Source: Eledone cirrhosa
Taxonomy: Eukaryota
Assembly (NCBI GenBank): GCA_964016885.1
Contig: OZ024766.1
Location: 14,198,001-14,262,000 of the forward strand
Reading direction: 5' to 3'
Length of the DNA stretch: 64,000 nucleotides
Both the position numbers and the translations under genes were made by a program. This document shows, piece by piece, positions 53,668 through 64,000 of the stretch (its first letter is position 1; the number at the start of each line of letters is the position of its first letter). Under the pieces are notes generated by a model. The model was given only the letters and a program-made list of their open reading frames with translations. It did not search any database and was not told the origin of the DNA.

Positions 53668-56508
53668 CTAGCAGTGGTACCCGGCGTTGCACGGGATAAT
53701 GCACTCCCACTGTCCCTCCAACCCCACATGCAATGCAATCCCACTGTCCCTCCAGCCCCACATGTAATGCAATCCCACTGTCCCTCCAGCCCCACATGTA
53801 ATGCAATCCCACTGTCCCTCCAGCCCCACATGTAATGCACTCCCACTGTCCCTCCAGCCCCACATGTAATGCACTCCCACTGTCCCTCCAGCCCCACATG
53901 TAATGTACTCCCACTGTCCCTCCATCCCCACATGTAATGTACTCCCACTGTCCCTCCATCCCCACATGTAATGCACTCCCACTGTCCCTCCAGCCCCACA
54001 TGTAATGCAATCCCACTGTCCCTCCAGCCCCACATGTAATGCACTCCCACTGTCCCTCCAGCCCCACATGTAATGCAATCCCACTGTCCCTCCAGCCCCA
54101 CATGTAATCCACTCCCACTGTCCCTCCAGCCCCACATGTAATCCACTCCCACTGTCCCTCCAGCCCCACATGTAATGCACTCCCACTGTCCCTCCAGCCC
54201 CACATGTAATCCACTCCCACTGTCCCTCCAGCCCCACATGTAATGCACTCCCACTGTCCCTCCAGCCCCACATGTAATCCACTCCCACTGTCCCTCCAGC
54301 CCCACATGTAATGCACTCCCACTGTCCCTCCAGCCCCACATGTAATCCACTCCCACTGTCCCTCCAGCCCCACATGTAATCCACTCCCACTGTCCCTCCA
54401 GCCCCACATGTAATGCACTCCCACTGTCCCTCCAGCCCCACATGTAATGCAATCCCACTGTCCCTCCAGCCCCACATGTAATCCACTCCCACTGTCCCTC
54501 CAGCCCCACATGTAATGCAATCCCACTGTCCCTCCAGCCCCACATGTAATGCACTCCCACTGTCCCTCCAGCCCCACATGTAATGCAATCCCACTGTCCC
54601 TCCAGCCCCACATGTAATGCACTCTCACTGTCCCTCCAGCCCCACATGTAATGCACTGCCACTGTCCCTCCAGCCCCACATGTAATGCAATCCCACTGTG
54701 CCTCCAGCCCCACATGTAATCCACTCCCACTGTCCCTCCAGCCCCACATGTAATCCACTCCCACTGTCCCTCCAGCCCCACATGTAATGCACTCCCACTG
54801 TCCCTCCAGCCCCACATGTAATGCACTCCCACTGTCCCTCCAGCCCCACATGTAATGCAATCCCACTGTCCCTCCAGCCCCACATGTAATGTACTCCCAC
54901 TGTCCCTCCAGCCCCACATGTAATGTAATCCACTCCCACTGTCCCTCCAACCCCACATGTAATGCACTCCCACTGTCCCTCCAGCCCCACATGTAATGCA
55001 ATCCCACTGTCCCTCCAGCCCCACATGTAATGTACTCCCACTGTCCATGCAGCCCCACATGTAATCCACTCCCACTGTCCCTCCAGCCCCACATGTAATG
55101 CACTCCCACTGTCCCTCCAGCCCCACATGTAATGTACTCCCACTGTCCCTCCAGCCCCACATGTAATGCAATCCACTCCCACTGTCCCTCCAGCCCCACA
55201 TGTAATGCACTCCCACAGTCTCTCCATCCCCACATGTAATCCACTCCCACTGTCCCTCCATCCCCACATGTAATGCACTCCCACTGTCCCTCCAGCCCCA
55301 CATGTAATGCAATCCCACTGTCCCTCCAGCCCCACATGTAATGCAATCCCACTGTCCCTCCAGCCCCACATGTAATCCACTCCCACTGTCTCTCCAGCCC
55401 CACATGTAATGCACTCCCACTGTCCCCCCAGCCCCACATGTAATGCAATCCCACTGTCCCTCCATCCCCACATGTAATGTACTCCCACTGTCCCTCCAGC
55501 CCCACATGTAATGCAATCCCACTGTCCCTCCAGCCCCACATGTAATGTACTCCCACTGTCCCTCCAGCCCCACATGTAATCCACTCCCACTGTCCCTCCA
55601 GCCCCACATGTAATCCACTCCCACTGTCCCTCCAGCCCCACATGTAATGCAATCCCACTGTCCCTCCAGCCCCACATGTAATGTACTCCCACTGTCCCTC
55701 CAGCCCCACATGTAATGCAATCCCACTGTCCCTCCAGCCCCACATGTAATGTACTCCCACTGTCCCTCCAGCCCCACATGTAATGTACTCCCACTGTCCC
55801 TCCAGCCCCACATGTAATGCAATCCCACTGTCCCTCCAGCCCCACATGTAATGTACTCCCACTGTCCCTCCAGCCCCACATGTAATCCACTCCCACTGTC
55901 CCTCCAGCCCCACATGTAATCCACTCCCACTGTCCCTCCAGCCCCACATGTAATCCACTCCCACATGGAACGCGGGCCACCAACAGACCTAATTGTGGAA
56001 AAAATGCATGCCTGGACAATATGTAAAGAAAATAAACCGAATAGTCTGATGGCTGGATAATCTAAGATTTTCCCTCTATGAAGCAGGAAAAATGCAGGTT
56101 TTCACCTAATGCGGGCCCTAGGGGATCAAGGAAATGAAATTTTCTTATGTGCATAATATACCTTGAAATTTCGGGATATCTGATAGACGTAACGCCTCAA
56201 AAAAGCCCTAAGAAGCTGAAAAAAATGAAGTTTTTCACCATAATGCGGGCCCTAGGCCATAAGAAAGTTGGATTTTCTTTGCTCCCGGTATGAAGAAGAG
56301 GCTGACTAATACATAGTTACAATTTCAAGGAAATCGGTCTGACGTAACGCCTCAAAAAACCCTAGAAACCTGAAAAAAAACACGCAGTTTTTCACCTAAT
56401 GCAGGCACTAGGAGATAAAAAAGTTGAATTTTTTTATGTGCATAATACTCTCTAAAACATAAGTAACACACATAAACCGAATACTCTGATGGATAATTTT
56501 ATATAAGA
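53668..56508 (-). mobile_element. Probable non-autonomous Helitron carrying the 32-bp minisatellite
   Basis: Minus-strand 3' end cccgtgcaacgccggg (hairpin)-taccactg-CTAG|T at 53668; candidate 5' TCTTATATAAAA at 56508 (uncertain); internal ~150-bp degenerate repeats at 56090-56450. Confidence 0.6.
53697..55966 (-). repeat. 32-bp G-rich minisatellite (~70 copies), opposite orientation to 52581-53218
   Basis: Plus-strand unit actcccactgtccctccagccccacatgtaatgc is the reverse complement of the 52581 array unit. Confidence 0.96.
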
Positions 56509-56632
56509 ACCTTTGTTAAGTTATGTTCCAAACAACCCTACTTCTATGACACAAAACTGTTTGTTCTAAAAACCTTTCATTATAATTCCATGTCAGAACC
56601 TTTATTAAGTTATGCTCCAAATATCAACTTAC

Positions 56633-56762
56633 TGAAGAAGAACTTCACATTAGCTGCCGAACGTCTGTTTTGGGGCAGCCGTCTTACGTGGATGTGGAAT
56701 CGGCAAGCAATGAGGTAGTAGAAGTTGAAGACATTCATGGTGACTGTCCATAGAGAATTGAT
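56633..56762 (-). CDS. TERT: TERT coding exon (C-terminal extension); upstream exons lie outside or were not identified in this window
   Basis: Acceptor ttctcttctcattggcaacag, donor tca|gtaagt; 130 nt, phase 0 to 1; encodes INSLWTVTMNVFNFYYLIACRFHIHVRRLPQNRRSAANVKFFF (compare human [43 protein letters not shown]). Confidence 0.9.
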
Positions 56763-56833
56763 CTGTTGCCAATGAGAAGAGAAATTTGTTAAGTAGACTA
56801 GCAGAAAAACCACCCTTCTAGCATGTGTTGTGT

Positions 56834-58112
56834 CATCATCAGCATCATCATCTTCGTTTAACGTCCACTTTCCACGCTAGCATGGGTTAGACGGGAGTTG
56901 TCCCACCTGAGGCAAGGTTGGTCGGGTGACCGTGTCTCGCTCATATAGGACTATCTGGAAGGTTTTCTACAGCTGGATGCCCTTCCTAACACCAACCACA
57001 TTTACAATGTGGAACTGGGAACCTTTTACCGTGTTACCTACACGGCCACATTACAGCATGGACTGCGTGTTTTTTTGTTGTAACACCTACACGTCTGGTG
57101 GGTTTTCTACGGCTGGATGCCCTTCCTAACACCAACCACGTTTACAGTGTGGAACTGGGAGGTTTTTACCGTGTTACCTACACGGCCACATTACAGCGTG
57201 GACTGCGTGTTTTTTTGTTGTAACACCTACACGTCTGGTGGGTTTTCTACGGCTGGATGCCCTTCCTAACACCAACCACGTTTACAGTGTGGAACTGGGA
57301 GGTTTTTACCGTGTTACCTACACGGCCACATTACAGCGTGGACTGCGTGTTTTTTTGTTGTAACACCTACACGTCTGGTGGGTTTTCTACGGCTGGATGC
57401 CCTTCCTAACACCAACCACGTTTACAGTGTGGAACTGGGAGGTTTTTACCGTGTTACCTACACGGCCACATTATAGCGTGGACTGCGTGTTTTTTTGTTG
57501 TAACACCTACACGTCTGGCGGGTTTTCTACAGCTGGATGCCCTTCCTAACTCGAACCACATTTACAATGTGGAACTGGGAACCTTTTACCGTGTTACCTA
57601 CACGGCCACATTACAGCGTGGACTGTGTGTTTTTGTCTTGTGACACCTACATGACCTCGATCTCATTATCTCATTTATTTGGACTGGATGTTGTGGTAGC
57701 AACTTTATAGAGAGAGGGTGGTGTTGGTGGGAGTGGGAGGAAAGGGTAGGGGTAGTGGATTGGGGTGTATATTTGGTTAAGAGGTGCCTACTGACTGTAG
57801 GTTTTACTTTGTACATAGGCAAGGCGGGTCTTCTGTATTACTGTGTAGCGCCAAAGACCTCGGTCCAGGGACATTGTCTTAGAGAGGTGTAAGTGTGTAA
57901 GGCCGGAATTTATCAGATCGTCCCAGGTTTTTCTGGGTCTGACTACTCCGTGGCTACCATCTATTTTGATCGCCCTGCACTTTTTTATACAACTGTCGTC
58001 TTTCATGCGCATCACGTGGCCATACCAACGTAGTCTTCTCTCGAGTAAACAGCATCTGATCCCTCTTATTCCTAATTTCTCACTTAGTTCACTTATGCTT
58101 TGCCGTTCGTAT
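56834..58112 (-). mobile_element. 5'-truncated RTE LINE: ORF end (57788-58112) plus long 3' UTR with a 140-bp unit repeated about five times
   Basis: ORF ELSEKLGIRGIRCCLLERRLRWYGHVMRMKDDSCIKKC...RPRKTW; repeat starts at 56961, 57101, 57241, 57381 and 57521; (gat)n tail. Confidence 0.88.
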
Positions 58113-58524
58113 ATATTACTATTACACAAGTGTGTGTATTATTATACACAAGTATATATACATGTAGATATTATACATCAAATAAAATCGTAATTGACAA
58201 TATATAATACTCAGAAATTGAACAAAGACTGTGTTACACTGTCTTATGTAATCATTAATCCATGATACATTAAAAAAGACAATATTATATATAAACTGCT
58301 AGCTTGTGTAGTGTGTATATTGATATTATACACAAGTATATATACATGTAGATATGATACATCAAATAAAATCGTAATTGGCAATATATAATACACAGAA
58401 ATTGAACAAAGACTGTGTTACACTGTCTTATGTAATCAGTAACGTAATCCATGATACATTAAAAAAGACGATATTATATATAAACTGCGTTAGCAGAAAA
58501 TTAGCGACGGAAATATATGTCATT

Positions 58525-59043
58525 ATATCTATCTATCTAGGGCAGGTAAAATTCCCAAGATCCATGGACGAGTTCCCTCCAGCAGTCTCTGTCCCTCATT
58601 ATCGCTGCCATGTCTTGCGTCTCCAACAGACCAGTGTCTGTCCTTAGGGCATCAACATACGTTAACCTTGGTCTTTCTCTTCCTGTGTGTCCATGTATGG
58701 GCTCCCACAGGAGCACTGAGTGCAATGTCAACTCTGGATGTCGGTGAGCATGTCCAGCTAACCTCAGTCTCCCTCTTCCAGTGTGTCCATGTAGGGGCTC
58801 CCACAGGAGCACTGAGTGCAGTGTCAACTCTGGATGTCGGTGAGCATGTCCAGCTAACTACAGTCTCTTCTGTGTCACTTTTGAGCTGACTTTTGGGAGG
58901 CTCCCATACAGCTCTGAGTTTTTCATCCTCAGTGTATACTGATTAATATTCAGAGCCATCCTCAGCATTCTCGTGTAGCACCCATCCACCATCAGAGTGA
59001 GTTTCTTGGTCAGTGTCCAAGTCTCAGACCTGTACAGCAGCAC
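58525..59043 (-). mobile_element. Degraded RTE/RTEX-type LINE 3' fragment with a ~97-bp internal duplication
   Basis: LLYRSETWTLTKKLTLMVDGCYTRMLRMALN...RLRLAGHAHRHPE...LLWEP.HG...RPRLTYVDAL; (taga)n tail. Confidence 0.82.
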
Positions 59044-59074
59044 GTGATTATGTGATTATAAGTGTTATAATATA

Positions 59075-59253
59075 ACTGCTTCTACTTTAGGCACAAGGCC
59101 AGCAATTACCCAGTGTATTACTGGTATTTTATTTTATTGACCCCGTAAGGATGAAAGGCAAAGTTAATCTCGGCGGGATTTGAACTCAGATCATAAAGGG
59201 ACGCAACTCTATGCTTCAAAGCATGGCGTCCAACCCTCTACCGATACTGCCAA
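59075..59253 (-). mobile_element. SINE B copy
   Basis: Reverse complement of 59411-59590. Confidence 0.87.
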
Positions 59254-59271
59254 TAATATAACGGCAGCTAA

Positions 59272-59742
59272 CAGGAAGTGTTGACATTTGACCATTTTAA
59301 AGAAGTGAATCTTTAAATAAGCTATAAAATATATTTAATCAACAGCCACAACATTTAATAGATAAATTATGTAATATTCATTCATTATTTATTCAAAGTC
59401 GGGCGGTGAGTTGGCAGTATCGGTAGAGGGTCGGATGCCATGCTTTGACGCATAGAGTTACGGCCCTTGCCATTCTAAGTTCAAATCCCGCCGAGGTTGA
59501 CTTTGCCTTTCATCCTTACGGGGTCGATAAAATAAAGTACCAGTAATACACTGGGGTAATTGCTGGCCTTGTGCCTAAAGGAGAAACAATTATTTATTCA
59601 AAGTAACCCAACTTATTTTACAAACGGGGTAAAAAAATATATTCTGGATGCAGTCCCACGCTCCTTACTTTATTATAGTTAAGATTTTATTATTTATTTA
59701 AAGATTTACTTCTTTAAAATGTTCAAATGTCAACACTTCTGG
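59272..59742. mobile_element. MITE-like element with ~48-bp imperfect terminal inverted repeats, carrying a SINE B
   Basis: gaagtgttgacatttgaccattttaaagaagtgaatctttaaataa versus ttatttaaagatttacttctttaaaatgttcaaatgtcaacacttc. Confidence 0.65.
59401..59594 (+). mobile_element. Full-length unexpanded SINE B with 16-bp target-site duplication
   Basis: TSD attatttattcaaagt at 59384-59399 and 59589-59604; pol III boxes tggcagtatcggtag and gttcaaatcc. Confidence 0.9.
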
Positions 59743-59989
59743 TGGCAATCGCTTAAATAAACATTCATATATTTCCGTCACTAATTTTCTCCTAATCCAG
59801 TTTATATAAAATATCTTCTTTTTTTAATATATCATGGATTACGTTACTGGTTAAATAAGACAGTGTAACGCAGTCTTCGTTCAATTTCTGTGTATATTGT
59901 CATTTACAATTTTATTTACATGCATATATATTTGTGTATAATATCAATATACACAGTACACATGCTAGGGTGGTTTTTCTGCAAGTGCT

Positions 59990-62900
59990 GTTAATAACAG
60001 AGATTTAGATGGATGTTAGATGTATTAAAACTACTTACAAGATGATATCATTACATATGGTGTTAATAACAGAGATTTAGATGGGTGTTAGATATTAAAA
60101 CTACTTACAAGATGATATCATTACATATGGTGTTAATAACAGAGATTTAGATGGGTGTTAGATGTATTAAAACTACTTACAAGATGATATCATTACATAT
60201 GGTGTTAATAACAGAGATTTAGATGGGTGTTAGATATTAAAACTACTTACAAGATGATATCATTACATATGGTGTTAATAACAGAGATTTAGATGGGTGT
60301 TAGATGTATTAAAACTACTTACAAGATGATATCATTACATATGGTGTTAATAACAGAGATTTAGATGGGTGTTAGATGTATTAAAACTACTTACAAGATG
60401 ATATCATTACATATGGTGTTAATAACAGAGATTTAGATGGGTGTTAGATGTATTAAAACTACTTACAAGATGATATCATTACATATGGTGTTAATAACAG
60501 AGATTTAGATGGGTGTTAGATGTATTAAAACTACCCACAAGATGATATCATTACATATGGTGTTAATAACAGAGATTTAGATGGGTGTTAGATGTATTAA
60601 AACTACTTACAAGATGATATCATTACATATGGTGTTAATAACAGAGATTTAGATGGGTGTTAGATGTATTAAAACTACTTACAAGATGATATCATTACAT
60701 ATGGTGTTAATAACAGAGATTTAGATGGGTGTTAGATGTATTAAAACTACCCACAAGATGATATCATTACATATGGTGTTAATAACAGAGATTTAGATGG
60801 GTGTTAGATGTATTAAAACTACCCACAAGATGATATCATTACATATGGTGTTAATAACAGAGATTTAGATGGGTGTTAGATGTATTAAAACTACTTACAA
60901 GATGATATCATTACATATGGTGTTAATAACAGAGATTTAGATGGGTGTTAGATGTATTAAAACTACTTACAAGATGATATCATTACATATGGTGTTAATA
61001 ACAGAGATTTAGATGGGTGTTAGATGTATTAAAACTACTTACAAGATGATATCATTACATATGGTGTTAATAACAGAGATTTAGATGGGTGTTAGATGTA
61101 TTAAAACTACTTACAAGATATCATTACATATGGTGTTAATAACAGAGATTTAGATGGGTGTTAGATATTAAAACTACTTACAAGATGATATCATTACATA
61201 TGGTGTTAATAACAGAGATTTAGATGGGTGTTAGATGTATTAAAACTACTTACAAGATGATATCATTACATATGGTATTAATAACAGAGATTTAGATGGG
61301 TGTTAGATGTATTAAAACTACCCACAAGATGATATCATTGCATATGGTATTAATAACAGAGATTTAGATGGGTGTTAGATATTAAAACTACTTACAAGAT
61401 GATATCATTACATATGGTGTTAATAACAGAGATTTAGATGGGTGTTAGATGTATTAAAACTACTTACAAGATGATATCATTACATATGGTGTTAATAACA
61501 GAGATTTAGATGGGTGTTAGATGTATTAAAACTACTTACAAGATGATATCATTACATATGGTGTTAATAACAGAGATTTAGATGGGTGTTAGATGTATTA
61601 AAACTACTTACAAGATGATTTCATTACATATGGTGTTAATAACAGAGATTTAGATGGGTGTTAGATGTATTAAAACTACTTACAAGATATCATTACATAT
61701 GGTGTTAATAACAGAGATTTAGATGTGTGTTAGATATTAAAACTACTTACAAGATGATATCATTACATATGGTGTTAATAACAGAGATTTAGATGGGTGT
61801 TAGATGTATTAAAACTACTTACAAGATGATATCATTACATATGGTGTTAATAACAGAGATTTAGATGGGTGTTAGATGTATTAAAACTACTTACAAGATG
61901 ATATCATTACATGTGGTGTTAATAACAGTGATTTAGATGGCTGTTAGATGTATTAAAACTACCCACAAGATGATATCATTGCATATGGTATTAATAACAG
62001 AGATTTAGATGGGTGTTATATGTATTAAAACTACTTACAAGATGATATTATTGCATATGGTATTAATAACAGAGATTTAGATGGGTGTTAGATGTATTAA
62101 AACTACTTACAAGATGATATCATTACATATGGTGTTAATAACAGAGATTTAGATGGGTGTTAGATGTATTAAAACTACTTACAAGATGATATCATTACAT
62201 ATGGTGTTAATAACAGAGATTTAGATGGGTGTTAGATGTATTAAAACTACTTACAAGATGATATCATTACATATGGTGTTAATAACAGAGATTTAGATGG
62301 GTGTTAGATGTATTAAAACTACTTACAAGATGATATCATTACATGTGGTGTTAATAACAGAGATTTAGATGGGTGTTAGATGTATTAAAACTACCCACAA
62401 GATGATATCATTGCATATGGTATTAATAACAGAGATTTAGATGGGTGTTAGATGTATTAAAACTACTTACAAGATGATATCATTACATATGGTCTTAATA
62501 ACAGATTTAGATGGGTGTTAGATGTATTAAAACTACTTACAAGATGATATCATTACATATGGTGTTAATAACAGAGATTTAGATGGGTGTTAGATGTATT
62601 AAAACTACTTACAAGATATCATTACATATGGTGTTAATAACAGAGATTTAGATGGGTGTTAGATGTATTAAAACTACCCACAAGATGATATCATTGCATA
62701 TGGTGTTAATAACAGAGATTTAGATGGGTGTTAGATGTATTAAAACTACCCACAAGATGATATCATTGCATATGGTATTAATAACAGAGATTTAGATGGG
62801 TGTTAGATGTATTAAAACTACCCACAAGATGATATCATTGCATATGGTGTTAATAACAGAGATTTAGATGGGTGTTAGATGTATTAAAACTACTTACAAG

Positions 62901-63630
62901 ATGATATCATTACATATGGTGTTAATAACAGAGATTTAGATGGGTGTTAGATGTATTAAAACTACTTACAAGATGATATCATTACATATGGTGTTAATAA
63001 CAGAGATTTAGATGGGTGTTAGATGTATTAAAACTACTTACAAGATGATATCATTACATATGGTGTTAATAACAGAGATTTAGATGGGTGTTAGATGTAT
63101 TAAAACTACTTACAAGATGATATCATTACATATGGTGTTAATAGAGATTTAGATGGGTGTTAGATGTATTAAAACTACTTACAAGATGATATCATTACAT
63201 ATGGTGTTAATAACAGAGATTTAGATGGGTGTTAGATGTATTAAAACTACTTACAAGATGATATCATTACATATGGTTAGATGTATTAAAACTACTTACA
63301 AGATGATATCATTACATGTGGTGTTAATAACAGTGATTTAGATGGGTGTTAGATGTATTAAAACTACCCACAAGATGATATCATTGCATATGGTATTAAT
63401 AACAGAGATTTAGATGGGTGTTAGATGTATTAAAACTACTTACAAGATGATATCATTACATATGGTCTTAATAACAGATTTAGATGGGTGTTAGATGTAT
63501 TAAAACAACTTACAAGATGATATCATTACATATGGTGTTAATAACAGAGATTTAGATGGGTGTTAGATGTATTAAAACTACTTACAAGATGATATCATTA
63601 CATATGGTGTTAATAACAGATTTAGATGGC
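59990..63630. repeat. 72-bp satellite (~50 copies)
   Basis: Unit gttaataacagagatttagatgggtgttagatgtattaaaactacttacaagatgatatcattacatatggt. Confidence 0.97.
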
Positions 63631-64000
63631 AAAATAACAAAAAGTTGAAGTTATAGACTTAATAAATTCCTTAAATATAATTCTTTTATTAACAACAAAT
63701 AGAATGAAATTCAGGACATAAATACAACTTATAAAATTAATTATGAAAAATTAATAAATTATTTACAAAACATAAAATCAATAAAAAAAAGGAGTCAGAA
63801 AGAAATTTACTATAACAGAAAATGTTGGTGTTACCCTCTAAAATTTCTGAGACTAGACACACACAGCATTACCTAAGGTGATAGAGGGCCCTTAATTACA
63901 CACTACAACAGGGAATGTTGGTGTAGGCTTCTAAAATCTAACATACCAGCGAACAGGTGATAGAGGGTCTCTTACACAAACTATAGGAGGGAATGTTGGT

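Noticed and set aside
52546-56019. Long W/G/C-rich ORFs
   Set aside because: Translations of the 32-bp minisatellite in all frames.
63820-64000. Degenerate ~78-bp repeats (aatgttggtg...ggtgatagaggg) at the window end
   Set aside because: Only two to three diverged units, truncated by the window edge; cannot be classified.

Overview
Eukaryotic, extremely repeat-rich window, probably from an octopus or other coleoid cephalopod (inferred from the SINE types and the abundance of (TA)n/(CA)n). Most ORFs in the supplied track are artefacts of microsatellites and minisatellites. The real content is as follows. (1) The last five coding exons of a telomerase reverse transcriptase (TERT) gene lie on the minus strand: 56633-56762, 53564-53622, 50797-50852, 41328-41430 and 28397-28477. 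All are GT-AG and phase-compatible, and they splice to INSLWTVTMNVF...RFH...W-VCFKAFHLKL...SFKNILD*, matching the TERT C-terminal extension. The introns are almost entirely satellites. (2) About 10 kb downstream of TERT is a 5'-truncated Penelope-like retroelement (RT thumb plus GIY-YIG endonuclease, 13080-14726) between two 3.4-kb inverted arms, each ending in a hammerhead-ribozyme motif. (3) A cluster of further hammerhead-bearing, fold-back mini-elements lies in (TA)n tracts (8050-21260). (4) Several SINE, RTE-LINE, Helitron and MITE copies are present, many with internal segments amplified into long minisatellites. One G-rich 32-bp minisatellite occurs as two oppositely oriented arrays bracketing a single 59-nt TERT exon.
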